Notes under the pieces: generated by a model
Told to the model about the DNA's origin: nothing
Databases searched by the model: none
What the model saw: the letters and a program-made list of their open reading frames with translations, nothing else
IMG/VR virus record: IMGVR_UViG_3300009481_000001
Location: 1 to 46,745 of that record
Length of the DNA: 46,745 bases
Source of the DNA: a virus
Reading direction: 5' to 3' (one strand)
Shown here: piece after piece, positions 24,509-34,673 of the stretch
Position numbering within the stretch: the stretch's first letter is position 1
How the letters are laid out: each line of letters opens with the position of its first letter
Made by a program: the position numbers and the translations under genes

Positions 24509-26286
24509 TGGCTAACGATACGACACTAGACATTCGCTCACTCGGCCAGTCTGCCGGGTTCGCCCAGGGCTTCGAGAAGCAGGGCATGAGCATGCAGCAG
24601 ACGATGGAGTTGCGCCGCAAGCAACGCATCGAACGCATGATGCATATTCAGAAGCTCTCTCTAGGCGTGGAGCAACTTGCTCAGCAAGAGAGAGAGTCCC
24701 GCCGTAAGGCTCGGTTGACTCTTACTCAGTTGAACATGCTGGAGCATCAGAATATTCGTGGTCATGAGCAGCGCCAGAGACTACAGCAATTGAAGATGGA
24801 GCACGAGGTCGATCTTCAAGACCGAGCTGAAGCCGCCCAACTGAAGATAGAGGGAGAGCGACAGCAGCACGATCGCGACATGGCCGACATCGAAATGACG
24901 TTCCGCTCTGGTGAGAGCGAGAAGGATCGTCAGCTACAGCGCGAAGAGGGCTCTGCTGACCGCGCGAACCGATATGCCATCGCGAAGCTCCGCACGGCAC
25001 CCGCAATGCTTCGAGCGAAGTCAGACATTCGCAAAGAACAGATGGCTGAGAACGAGGAGATCATAAACTCTCTTCGACTCTGGGCTCGCCAGAACGTCTT
25101 CGACGACGGCAAAGGGAACTTCAATAGAAACGCACTGACGGAGATATTCGATCAGGACGACTCCATTCTGCATCCAGATGAAATAACAAATCTTTGGAGA
25201 AAAGAGTGGCTGGAGACCATCAAGGATCTTCCGCAGTTCCGAAACTCTGACGTGAACATCGGAGAGCTTATCGGGGACAAATCGTTTTCGATGTACCTAA
25301 AGAGTGTAGTAACTGGCCGAAAAGATCAGGAAGAAGCATTTCGCCGGTCTCTTGAGATCAAGCGCGAGGAGCAGAATAAAACGAGGTGGGATAATTCCGC
25401 ATCGAGGCTGCACATCAACATCGTTGACGGTCAGTCTATTACAGGGGTTCAGTACAACGGCAAGGACGACAGGATCACGTTCGCTGGAGACGAGGCAAAA
25501 GTGGCGCGCATGGAAGCGTTCGCAAAGGAGATTTCAGCAGGCGGGAACGGTCCAATCGAGAGGGATGCTAAGTTCCAGAACTTGATGATGGACCTACAGG
25601 TTCCTCAGACCATGTGGGGGCAGGCTGCTGAGGAGCTAGACCTCTACTTCTTCAAGAACGAAGGAGCTTACTCTCGTTTCAGTCAGTCCGATCCTGATGT
25701 ATTCTTCTCTGCGTCGCAACGCCTGAAGGGTTCACTGGGTCAGGAATCAGGACGCGTTGAGGATCCGTTCGACCAGGAGGTTACATCAGAGAACAGGAAC
25801 GTAGCCTCCCTCGCGACCTCCTACGGCAGACTGTCCGACATGCACAATCGGTACACGTCCGCACGTGCAAGTGCGGACCCGTCCGGCAGCGCGCTCATGA
25901 ACGTGCTCGCTGAGATTCGCGAACAGATCGTTAAGAACGAAAACGACGAGAGCATGAGCGATGCTGTTAAGGCATCGTGGAAAAAGATGGAGAAGGACGC
26001 GAACTCGGACCTAGTCAACGCGCTTTCTAAGCCTCCACCCGCACCGGAGGAGCCTAGGGAGCGAGAGCGCAAGGAAATAAAGAGCACACACGTAGCTATC
26101 CGTGGCGCCGGTATCGCTGACGCAGACTATCCGATCAGTCAAATCAGGAGAATGGCTGATGGTTGGGTCGATGACGCTGATCGAGCATCTGAACTAGGTA
26201 ACTTGATTAATGCGCTTGAAGCGGCTGAGGTCGATACCGACATCATCGACAGGGCAAAGCGCAAGAAGGCTGCGCTCCGTGGCTGA
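24508..26286 (+). CDS. putative internal virion or ejection protein, coiled-coil rich (592 aa)
   Basis: TAATG coupling. Long Q/R/E-rich heptad-like N-terminal region. Confidence 0.4.
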   Translation: MANDTTLDIRSLGQSAGFAQGFEKQGMSMQQTMELRRKQRIERMMHIQKLSLGVEQLAQQERESRRKARLTLTQLNMLEHQNIRGHEQRQRLQQLKMEHEVDLQDRAEAAQLKIEGERQQHDRDMADIEMTFRSGESEKDRQLQREEGSADRANRYAIAKLRTAPAMLRAKSDIRKEQMAENEEIINSLRLWARQNVFDDGKGNFNRNALTEIFDQDDSILHPDEITNLWRKEWLETIKDLPQFRNSDVNIGELIGDKSFSMYLKSVVTGRKDQEEAFRRSLEIKREEQNKTRWDNSASRLHINIVDGQSITGVQYNGKDDRITFAGDEAKVARMEAFAKEISAGGNGPIERDAKFQNLMMDLQVPQTMWGQAAEELDLYFFKNEGAYSRFSQSDPDVFFSASQRLKGSLGQESGRVEDPFDQEVTSENRNVASLATSYGRLSDMHNRYTSARASADPSGSALMNVLAEIREQIVKNENDESMSDAVKASWKKMEKDANSDLVNALSKPPPAPEEPRERERKEIKSTHVAIRGAGIADADYPISQIRRMADGWVDDADRASELGNLINALEAAEVDTDIIDRAKRKKAALRG

Positions 26287-29200
26287 CGAGTTCGAAAAGT
26301 CATTCGCTGAGGCGATTGCTGAAGGGTCTGCGTTCACTGAGAACGACAGTACTTCTGTAGCGTCTGCGCCTCCGTATGCATACGCGTCCACTATTGGTCG
26401 TTTCGGCGGGTCCGGCGCGAGAAGATACGATGACGCTGCGCTGTCGAAGGAAGTGCGCGCTGCGAAGAACGCACAGAGGATGGGCTACATCAACCAGTCC
26501 GAGTTCGACTGGCTGATCTCTGTCACTGACGACAAGGAGAAGCGATCAACCGTAGAGAAGATCCTAGGGTACGCACAGAACACCGGGGGTGTATTAGGTA
26601 GGCTTGACGACATCTTCGGCATTCTCGAAACGGTATCAGGATACAGACTGTTCGTGTCTGCCTCGATGGCGGTGACCGAGGGCCTGAAGGAAAAAGGCGG
26701 GTGGGGGCTTGCATTCTCAACGAAGGAGTTCAAGCGTGCCTGGACTGGCGAGGGTGTAGAGGGTGGTCGGACTTCGTATCGCGACGTTCTGATGAAGGGC
26801 GGGTCGAACGTTGATGGCGTAGGCGGGTTCGCGAAGTCAGTGGTATTCGACATCGCGCTGGACCCTGCGACATACCTAACTCTTGGAGCATCCGCTGGGA
26901 CCAAAGTTGTACTGAACCAGACCACTAAGGCTTCACGGAGGACTGCGGCTGGAAAGCTCGGACGTACTGCGACTGAGATCCTCAAGGAGTCGACCGGCTC
27001 TAAGGCCCTACCTTCGAGCCTGACACTAAGCGAGTGGGGACATCAGGTCTATCAGGTCGCATCGAAGGAGCTTGTAGAAGCACAACCGGAGCACCTTCGT
27101 AAGATCATCAAGCATCTAGATGACGGATCAGAGGAGTTCGCTCAAGGCGGACTCAAGACACTGTCGCCTTCGGATCTTAGCAGGGCAGCGTCCAACCCTG
27201 CTTTCCGTACAGCAGTGACAGAGTACGCGGTAAGGAACTACGATCGCCTAGCGATGCGCCTAAGCTCATGGAACGACATTGGTAACGACCTAGCTGGCAA
27301 GGCAGTTGACGGCACCTCACGGTCGATGATTAGACGTGGCCCTGGAGCTATGTTCTGGGAGTGGAGCGGCAAGGCAATCGGGGGCCTACTGAATCCGATC
27401 GGCAAGGCGCGTGACGCAGGAGCGCAGGCTGCATTGATAGCCGGTGGCGCCCGCACAATGTTCGGAGAGACCGCACAGCTAGGCACGAGAGAGCTAGGTC
27501 TACGCGGACTGAGCCGCGCTACCGTAGCAGGACAGGTCGCAGGTGGTCTTGCGCTCGGTGATGCAGGGCTTGTAAGCGCCTCCCTTGCTGGAGCTCTGCT
27601 GGCAGAGGTTCCGGCTCTTGCCAAGAAGACCGCGAGCAAGGCTCTGCCGACTTCAGCAGTTCGTCACATCGAGAAGGCGTTCTCCTCTGGTGTAGAGCGT
27701 ATGCCAGTTGAAGACGCTGAGATTTTCCAGAAGATCAAGAGCGGAATGGATGTCGCAGTCGAGGGCAAGCGACAGGAACTTGTGGAGTTCTTCTCGTCGC
27801 CGGTGGTCCACTGGAAGGATACATCTAGAGCACTGTCTAGGAGCGACCGTCAGACGATCGCCCGTCACATGGACAATCCGGACCTCAAGCTGATCGAAGA
27901 TGGCTCACCGCTCTATGAGCCGATGAAGTGGATCCAGAATCAGTTCAAGCACATCGGAGAGCAGGAGAGAGAGGCAGGTCTTCTCGGAGCAAGCTGGGAA
28001 CACTACGTCACCCACTTCTACGGCTCGCGTCAAGCTGGAGCCGTAACTAAGTTCTTCAAGAACTCGAACCGTACGAAGAGACTGGTCGCTGAACTAAGTA
28101 AAGAGTCCGTCTCCAACACTAATTCCTTCTCGTTGCATCGCGTGATCGCAACCTTCGACGACGCTGAACGACTCGGCATGGAGCTTGATACTGATATCGG
28201 CTCAATCCTAGGTCGACGATGGTCTGCATCCATGCGCATGCAAGCGAGCATGCAGGCTAAGCAGGCGATGATTAATCGTCACGGCATCAGCGCGCTCGGA
28301 GAGGGTTTCAAGAACGCACACGGCGCGCTAAGTCAGATCGGCGGCAAGCTAGGAACACTCACCAGGAACTTCGTAGACCTTGGTCCTCCGCACCCTGCAT
28401 CCCATGAGGAGATTGCACGGCTAGCGGACATGGTGACTGACGCTCGTGTGGTCCCTGGCGTTGACTGGTTCGCTACCACCGGAGACCTTGAGAAAGCTAT
28501 TCGCGCAGAAAAGGTACGCAAGGCAACCACAGGACTCAAGGGTAAGGCTAGGAAGGCAGCCGCCCGAAAGGCTAATGATGCGATAGTCGATAGGTATGTC
28601 GTGCTAAAGTACGCCAGGAATAAGAACCTGAAGGCTCTGGATAAGGTTTCTAAGTCTGCGTTCGGCAAGCCCATTCGAAAGCTTAGCTCAGGGGAGTTGG
28701 CCGCGCTCCGCGATTACTTGAACCTCACCGTACTGAAGAACGAAGGAGCGGTGGCTAGCTTCGTCAAGGTCGGTGAAATGAGTAACCGACATCGCATGGC
28801 TCTGGTTCAGATTGGTCAGCCAGTTAGGGCAGGCAAGAAGGCAGGCGAGAAGGTCACTACTACTGGAGATATTCCGCGTGGCATCCGAGGAGCATCTGTC
28901 GCGCATAGGCTCGGACGAGAAGCCCCTGAGGTCTCAGACGCTGAGCTTGCAAGGATGGGCAAGAAGCTCGCTCAGTCTCGCGGACAGGTAGACGAGATCG
29001 CTGAGGAGTTTGGTGGGGTCCAGGGTGGTATCGATCGCAAGTATCGAGCTATAGCCCGCGAGGAGCTCGCTAGTCGACCCACTCAAGAGGCTAAGCTTCT
29101 TAGAAATGTGGTGGAAGAGGGTCTACAGAGATCGAAGAAGAGTTCCCTATCGGCCGCTGCTGCTGCTAAGGCGAGCGCGAAGTCGCTCAGGGGCAACGTG

Positions 29201-31543
29201 CCCAAGGAACTCCGACGCAAGGTCGCCGCTGCTGCCTCTATCGAGGAGCGTCTCTTTGGAGCTAAGAAGGCTCTAGGTGACCGGCGCGCTGCCGTTAATC
29301 TAGCTCAGAAGCCGAAGCTAGAGATCGTCAAGCGGGTCGAGTCTCAACTTGAGTCAGCCATCCTCAGGCGAGACCTAGCAGTGGAGCGTCAGGTTTCCAG
29401 GGGCCTCGAAGGCGAGGCGCTTAAGACCTCTCGTGAGAGCATTCGCTCGCTCAGCGCAACTGTAGCCGAGAAGACTAAGGACCTCAAGGCTGCTAAGATC
29501 GACATGCGTAAGGCTGCGATGAAGCCGCGAGGAGAGTTGACTAAGCTTGAGAAGGCGGTCGAGAGGCTGACCAAGGAGCAGGCGGACCTTGCGGACGCAC
29601 TAAAGGATAATAAGACTGACATCGTCAACTGGATCCGAGCTAGAGACCTGACCGCTACTGCCGCACAGCACAGGCTGGCAGCGGAAAGGCTAACGAACGT
29701 AATCAAGGCTGAGCAGAAGATTGGGGCCCGCGGCGATCAGGTCCTCGACGGCAAGTACTACGTTCCAGAGGTATGGCTTGACGCTATCGATGAAGCATTC
29801 GGTCATACGTGGAATCCGTCGAACATTATCGACAGGTGGCTGAGCGGATACCAGCGGTTCCAACTGCTTTGGAAGATTCCGCTCACGCTGCCATTCGCTG
29901 AGCATCATGGCCGAAACGCTATCACTAACGCATTTCTAGTATCAGGCCACCTAGGCGGAAGAATGCTGAACCCTTCGAACTGGGTCGACGCAGCCTCCGT
30001 AGTGGCTATGGGTATACACCGAGGGGCCACTGGCAAGAGTCAGGTTGCTCGCGCCGGAGCTAGAAGGAATAAGATTAAAGGGCTTGCTGAGCCTGATCTA
30101 CGTGGCCTATGGGGAGACCATAAGGTCAAGACCGCAACAGGAGTCACCTATACTTCTCGTGAAATCTTCAAGCAGGCCACTATCCGATCGATCACCCACG
30201 GGTTCGTTGCATCTGAGGTGGATGGTGTTGCTGGACTGTTCGGCGACCTCATGCACGGTAGGCTTCAGCCGAACCTAGGCTCGCTCGCAGAAGCAGCTAA
30301 GGTTCTCAAGAAGAAGACGGGCATCGCAGACTTTCCTAAGACCGTGAAGGAAGAGGGCCTAGTCGGAGGGTCAGCGATAACCGCTGGTAAGGTCACAGGC
30401 GCCACCCTAGACGCCATGCGTGGGGCAATGTTCAACTCAGCGAGGTGGGTGAGCCGCAAGTCTGAGCATGCTGTAGATGTTCCGTTCCGGTTGGCGCTGT
30501 TCACTGATGCCGTTAAGCGTGGCAAGACCTTCGATGAAGCCGCTGAGGAAGTTCGACGTCATCTTAATGACTGGTCGCGACTCTCTACCTTCGAGAAGAA
30601 GTACGCGCGAACACTCATTCCGTTCTACTCGTGGATTCAGTTCTCGATGGAAAGGTTCTTCAAAGACCTTACAACTAACCCGTCGTCTATTCAGAACCCA
30701 CTCAGGATGGTGCGCGCCGCGCAGGAGTCCATGGGTGCGACTCCTCCAGACGCTCAGTATCAGTCAGACTGGATGGCTGAGCGTATTGGTATCTGGAGCG
30801 AGCAGGGGGAGGGGCTGTATAAGCGTTACCTCTTGAACGGACTGAATGCTGACGAGGCGCTGCGGCAGGTGAGCGCGCTTACTGAGTTCGCTAACGCTGC
30901 TGCACATAGGATCTCTAGACTGTCATCTAAGACCGAGGGGCTCGCGTGGAGTGTATTCGCCCCAGACGCAAATCCAGCAAACGACCTTCGGTTCCTAGCA
31001 CAGATGGACTTCATGACCACTTCGCTGGTCGAAGGGATCAGGGGTAGGGACTTCTTCTCTGGGGCGCCGACCGGTACTCAGGAGTCCGTACTTCAGGATG
31101 CTGGCTACAGTAGGTATGAGTCTGCTAGGGCTCTCGTGCATCCAGCGGTTCGGGAGTCAAAGGGTGCGACCTTCCTTCGTGGGATCTTGATGGTTCAGGA
31201 GACCGCCGATGGGGACCCTAAGAAGGCGCGGGCGAACGCAACAGTACGCTGGCTGCTCGGTAAGTCGCCCGCGTCTCGCTTCGTGTCTACCTACGAGCGA
31301 CATAATAAGAACATCATACAGTCGTTCGAGACTGGAGAGCAGGGCAGGGTTGCTCACGAGGTCGCACTAGAAGCTCTAGGGACTAGGGCGTACGCATACG
31401 ATCCACAGAGGAATAAGGTTTACTACCGCAGGGACCTTATTCAGACCGCTCAGAATCTCTTGCTTCAGAGCGGTTACTACCAGAAACACGGGATCGTGTA
31501 TAAGCCTCGGACTTTGAAGGACGTTCGACAAGAAGGCGAATGA
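26279..31543 (+). CDS. giant virion protein (1754 aa; internal core, ejection or tape-measure-like)
   Basis: GTG at 26279 overlaps the upstream stop (GTGGCTGA). It is the largest gene and the last in the structural arm. I recognised no catalytic motif. Confidence 0.45.
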   Translation: MADEFEKSFAEAIAEGSAFTENDSTSVASAPPYAYASTIGRFGGSGARRYDDAALSKEVRAAKNAQRMGYINQSEFDWLISVTDDKEKRSTVEKILGYAQNTGGVLGRLDDIFGILETVSGYRLFVSASMAVTEGLKEKGGWGLAFSTKEFKRAWTGEGVEGGRTSYRDVLMKGGSNVDGVGGFAKSVVFDIALDPATYLTLGASAGTKVVLNQTTKASRRTAAGKLGRTATEILKESTGSKALPSSLTLSEWGHQVYQVASKELVEAQPEHLRKIIKHLDDGSEEFAQGGLKTLSPSDLSRAASNPAFRTAVTEYAVRNYDRLAMRLSSWNDIGNDLAGKAVDGTSRSMIRRGPGAMFWEWSGKAIGGLLNPIGKARDAGAQAALIAGGARTMFGETAQLGTRELGLRGLSRATVAGQVAGGLALGDAGLVSASLAGALLAEVPALAKKTASKALPTSAVRHIEKAFSSGVERMPVEDAEIFQKIKSGMDVAVEGKRQELVEFFSSPVVHWKDTSRALSRSDRQTIARHMDNPDLKLIEDGSPLYEPMKWIQNQFKHIGEQEREAGLLGASWEHYVTHFYGSRQAGAVTKFFKNSNRTKRLVAELSKESVSNTNSFSLHRVIATFDDAERLGMELDTDIGSILGRRWSASMRMQASMQAKQAMINRHGISALGEGFKNAHGALSQIGGKLGTLTRNFVDLGPPHPASHEEIARLADMVTDARVVPGVDWFATTGDLEKAIRAEKVRKATTGLKGKARKAAARKANDAIVDRYVVLKYARNKNLKALDKVSKSAFGKPIRKLSSGELAALRDYLNLTVLKNEGAVASFVKVGEMSNRHRMALVQIGQPVRAGKKAGEKVTTTGDIPRGIRGASVAHRLGREAPEVSDAELARMGKKLAQSRGQVDEIAEEFGGVQGGIDRKYRAIAREELASRPTQEAKLLRNVVEEGLQRSKKSSLSAAAAAKASAKSLRGNVPKELRRKVAAAASIEERLFGAKKALGDRRAAVNLAQKPKLEIVKRVESQLESAILRRDLAVERQVSRGLEGEALKTSRESIRSLSATVAEKTKDLKAAKIDMRKAAMKPRGELTKLEKAVERLTKEQADLADALKDNKTDIVNWIRARDLTATAAQHRLAAERLTNVIKAEQKIGARGDQVLDGKYYVPEVWLDAIDEAFGHTWNPSNIIDRWLSGYQRFQLLWKIPLTLPFAEHHGRNAITNAFLVSGHLGGRMLNPSNWVDAASVVAMGIHRGATGKSQVARAGARRNKIKGLAEPDLRGLWGDHKVKTATGVTYTSREIFKQATIRSITHGFVASEVDGVAGLFGDLMHGRLQPNLGSLAEAAKVLKKKTGIADFPKTVKEEGLVGGSAITAGKVTGATLDAMRGAMFNSARWVSRKSEHAVDVPFRLALFTDAVKRGKTFDEAAEEVRRHLNDWSRLSTFEKKYARTLIPFYSWIQFSMERFFKDLTTNPSSIQNPLRMVRAAQESMGATPPDAQYQSDWMAERIGIWSEQGEGLYKRYLLNGLNADEALRQVSALTEFANAAAHRISRLSSKTEGLAWSVFAPDANPANDLRFLAQMDFMTTSLVEGIRGRDFFSGAPTGTQESVLQDAGYSRYESARALVHPAVRESKGATFLRGILMVQETADGDPKKARANATVRWLLGKSPASRFVSTYERHNKNIIQSFETGEQGRVAHEVALEALGTRAYAYDPQRNKVYYRRDLIQTAQNLLLQSGYYQKHGIVYKPRTLKDVRQEGE

Positions 31544-31709
31544 AGTCCGCCTCAGGAACGTGAGCGTCCATCACTCGACCTGAGCCTAGGTGAACACGAG
31601 TCACGTCATCCTGAATTGATTCGAACCATTCGATCTTCATCTTGATCAGACAACATTCCTTTCCGCATGGGAATCGAGTGAATCTGATAATGTCGTATCT
31701 GTTCATCAC
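31437..31709 (-). CDS. hypothetical protein (90 aa), last gene of the leftward arm
   Basis: GTG/ATG start overlaps the upstream stop (GTGA). The 3-prime 107 nt overlap the 3-prime end of 26279..31543 on the opposite strand. Confidence 0.5.
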   Translation of the reverse strand: MMNRYDIIRFTRFPCGKECCLIKMKIEWFESIQDDVTRVHLGSGRVMDAHVPEADFIRLLVERPSKSEAYTRSRVSGSNRSEARDSERSE

Positions 31710-32119
31710 ATTCTCCTTAGGTGCCAGATCGCGATAGCATCACGGCCTACAAGGTACTCTTGCCACGGAAGAACGACCCCAACCGGATCTGCTACGATCC
31801 CCTCGTCCGACAGGACCGCGACATGCCTGAAGTCTGGACGGTTTCCACGGGACCCGTTGTATACGTGGATGATCCCGGGTTGGCAGAGGATCCTTTGGTG
31901 GAACCTGTATCGCCTAGTCTGCGCGATGCCGTACCTGTTGAGCACGTTTCGACGTTCGTACGGTCCAGTAGGGCCAGCGCCGATGGTTTCGATTATCTCT
32001 TCCAGAGATTCTCCGGTGATCATAGACACGCAGCATTGACCGCAGATAGGATCCTCGCCTTGCGTGATCAACTCAAATGGTCGTCCGAGTACTTGCATGA
32101 TTGCTCCACTGGTATGCAA
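31706..32119 (-). CDS. peptidase C39-like (papain-fold) domain protein (137 aa)
   Basis: CGQCCVSMITGESLEEI (catalytic Cys context) and RHVAVLSDEGIVADP (His...DP) match the C39-like pattern Q/CG-x-A/C-x-L-x-M ... H-x-V-V-L ... I-x-DP. Confidence 0.55.
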   Translation of the reverse strand: MHTSGAIMQVLGRPFELITQGEDPICGQCCVSMITGESLEEIIETIGAGPTGPYERRNVLNRYGIAQTRRYRFHQRILCQPGIIHVYNGSRGNRPDFRHVAVLSDEGIVADPVGVVLPWQEYLVGRDAIAIWHLRRM

Positions 32120-32537
32120 AGTTGATCTGGCCGTGCAACCCTGCTAGCTCTACTGTAGCGTCTCCGGCATCCGTCCGCAATGCCCAATTCAGAATCGGTT
32201 CGGAAACGGCCCACTGCGCCATGGTAGGTAGGGTTATATCTACCTCTGTGGGCTGCCCACCCCACCCCTTGTGATGGATCCGGACCCCGGGTAGCGACTC
32301 TTTCCATAGGCGATTAACGGTCGGCGCGAGCCGCATTAGGAAGTCGGGATGATTAGGGTCTCTTATGACCACAATCATAGCATGACGCTGAGTCTTGCCG
32401 TACCTCTCGAACTCAATCGGAGAGTACTTATACTTCCACCATGGGTAAAGGCTCTCCATGATGTACGATACTAGGTCTGGAAGTAGCATGTCACCGATGT
32501 CGGTCGATGGCATCGCACCTGGGATATAGGCTATCAA
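32073..32537 (-). CDS. hypothetical protein (154 aa)
   Basis: ORF track. TTG start overlaps the upstream stop as TTGA. An alternative ATG lies at 32513. Confidence 0.55.
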   Translation of the reverse strand: MIAYIPGAMPSTDIGDMLLPDLVSYIMESLYPWWKYKYSPIEFERYGKTQRHAMIVVIRDPNHPDFLMRLAPTVNRLWKESLPGVRIHHKGWGGQPTEVDITLPTMAQWAVSEPILNWALRTDAGDATVELAGLHGQINFAYQWSNHASTRTTI

Positions 32538-33286
32538 TCGAACGCCGCAGCTAGGGCTTCTTCTTCGGTCAACTCTACACGAGGCGCAGGCTCCGGCAAG
32601 TTGATATCGATCGGCTTAGCCTCTGCACGAGGATCAGAAAATGACATACCAGCCTTCTCGGTTAACCCGCGCTCGATGTCGGTCACTTCGTAATGCTTGT
32701 TATCGATCTCATTTAGGTTCTCTTCGCTCAGGTGCCCGCCGACACTTCCACGAATCTGGGTCCACCTCTCGGTGGAAATCTTCTTAAAGAGCTTGACCCT
32801 GATCTCCTCGGGGATCTTGCGGCTACCTAGGATAAGGGTCTCTGCGGTCGCGTACTGGAGCTTGCCACCTTTTTTTCTTCCCTTCACGAACCACCCGGTT
32901 AGTTCGTAGTAAGCGAACTGTTCAGGGGTGATTCCGGGCCATGGGGCCGACGGGCTAGAAGGGGGCTGGCTTGCCTCCTTAGGCGTCTCAGGCCTCAGGG
33001 GCGCCTTGCTTTGCCTGTCCCCTGTCGCTGCCTGAGGGGCTGTCTCCGGGGCTGCTAGGGCCCGATCCGGGGGGATTGTGACGTCATCCTCCCCAGGGGG
33101 GAGGAGATCGGCCCGGACTATGCCATCGGTGGTCGGAACCCACGAGTCATGCTCTAGATATAGACCCTGCAACACGTACTCAACGATCTCAGCCTCGTCG
33201 AATGTCTTTACTACCGCGCCGACAACCCGACTACCGTTGATAGTAAGCTCTACGAACGTTCCGTCGAATCGGTGGATCTTAATCAT
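32534..33286 (-). CDS. hypothetical two-domain protein with Pro-rich linker (250 aa)
   Basis: ORF track. Confidence 0.6.
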   Translation of the reverse strand: MIKIHRFDGTFVELTINGSRVVGAVVKTFDEAEIVEYVLQGLYLEHDSWVPTTDGIVRADLLPPGEDDVTIPPDRALAAPETAPQAATGDRQSKAPLRPETPKEASQPPSSPSAPWPGITPEQFAYYELTGWFVKGRKKGGKLQYATAETLILGSRKIPEEIRVKLFKKISTERWTQIRGSVGGHLSEENLNEIDNKHYEVTDIERGLTEKAGMSFSDPRAEAKPIDINLPEPAPRVELTEEEALAAAFD

Positions 33287-33722
33287 CAGTCTTCCCTATG
33301 ACCAGTGGTACCCCGGTCGTGATTGCTGTAGTTAGAACCCAGTCATCGCCAGAGACAAGGTCACCATCAGAGTCCCGAACAGCTAGTGCTATAGTTCCGT
33401 ATCTATTCTCGAAAATGAAAGCGTCGTCTTGCTCGGTTACAGGCTCCCACCTATCCACCGCTGTCAGGATGGTTGCCTTAAATGCGTCATCTTTTAGCTT
33501 TCCGACAGATTCTATGTATGTATAAGCAATATGAGTAGCTACGCTGAAGTTGGATGGCGTTGGACCCAATCGAATCCACCCACGCTTGTAGTCGAACCCG
33601 TCCGTAAACACACCGATTTCATATGAGTTGTACTTATATCCCAGATAAAACCCTCCATGCCTCGGCTCATGCGTAGGCAGATGGTCTACAGCGGGAAGCT
33701 CCGTCCCGCACAAACGGACCAT
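33279..33722 (-). CDS. hypothetical protein (147 aa)
   Basis: ORF track. Confidence 0.6.
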   Translation of the reverse strand: MVRLCGTELPAVDHLPTHEPRHGGFYLGYKYNSYEIGVFTDGFDYKRGWIRLGPTPSNFSVATHIAYTYIESVGKLKDDAFKATILTAVDRWEPVTEQDDAFIFENRYGTIALAVRDSDGDLVSGDDWVLTTAITTGVPLVIGKTDD

Positions 33723-33736
33723 AGTCCGCCATAGGA

Positions 33737-34126
33737 TTATTCGGAGCGGTAGAATCTCAAGTCCTCCAGCCTGAACTCGATCCAGTTCGCTCGCCTACGA
33801 TCGCCAGTATGTCCCATGTCTTCGACGTTGACCCAATACCAGATCCCCTTACTGAGAATAACACCACCAGCAGCAGCACCCGCAGCATGTAGTTGCCGGA
33901 GTCGTTTGATCTGGATCAGGCTGAACCAGTTTGGGTCCAACTTGACTTCGATCCCGTAAAGAATCCCATCCACCACGCCCATTAGATCGGGCAGACCGAC
34001 CACCCCATACTCGGAGCCAACGTTCTTCCACCAGTACGACCCAGGGTACGTCCTCTGTAGGTCGTGCCTCAGAAGTTTAGTGTGTACTGACTCGCCCTGC
34101 TTCCTGGCAGGCCTGTTGAACTTCAT
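33737..34126 (-). CDS. VRR-NUC / PD-(D/E)XK nuclease (129 aa)
   Basis: GLPDLMGVVDGILYGIEVKLDPNWFSLIQ fits the PD...(D/E)xK...Q core of VRR-NUC nucleases. ATGA coupling to the upstream gene. Confidence 0.65.
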   Translation of the reverse strand: MKFNRPARKQGESVHTKLLRHDLQRTYPGSYWWKNVGSEYGVVGLPDLMGVVDGILYGIEVKLDPNWFSLIQIKRLRQLHAAGAAAGGVILSKGIWYWVNVEDMGHTGDRRRANWIEFRLEDLRFYRSE

Positions 34127-34620
34127 GAAACTTTCCGCCGTCTGTCTATGTCAGCCTGAAGCTCAGCGATGCACATCTGCATCTGCATAACGAGCGGCCC
34201 CGGAGCATTCTGCACGAACTGAGCATGGACGTCTTCACGGAAGAGGGCGGTGAATGCCTTGCGCCCTGAGCGCGGGTCCATGGCCTTCGGGTTGAGGCAG
34301 TGCGCCGCGATCATGATCCACCATACAGCACTCTTCATGTTATCGGAGTCGAGACCGATGGGAGTAGTACGAAGGATCTCTCGGTCGTTGCGCGAGAGGT
34401 ACATCATCGCGGTCCCGATCGAATGAAACGCTAGCCCGATCGGACCGAGCTTGCTAGCCATCATGTTGATGATCTCAGTCCCATCCGAGAGGATGTACCG
34501 AGGGTTTGGCTTCGTGTATCCGAACTTGCTTTCATTCTTCATCGTCACTCCATGCCATGTATAGGCCATCGCCATGGTCCTTAGACCGGTGCCTACCGAT
34601 ATGCCAGCGGAATCTATCAC
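34123..34620 (-). CDS. hypothetical protein (165 aa)
   Basis: ORF track. GTG start. The 12-bp palindrome GTGCAATTGCAC (34653-34664) lies just upstream. Confidence 0.55.
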   Translation of the reverse strand: MIDSAGISVGTGLRTMAMAYTWHGVTMKNESKFGYTKPNPRYILSDGTEIINMMASKLGPIGLAFHSIGTAMMYLSRNDREILRTTPIGLDSDNMKSAVWWIMIAAHCLNPKAMDPRSGRKAFTALFREDVHAQFVQNAPGPLVMQMQMCIAELQADIDRRRKVS

Positions 34621-34673
34621 ACCAGAACATTCCTAGGTCCCGATGATACAAGGTGCAATTGCACTTCAGGAAA

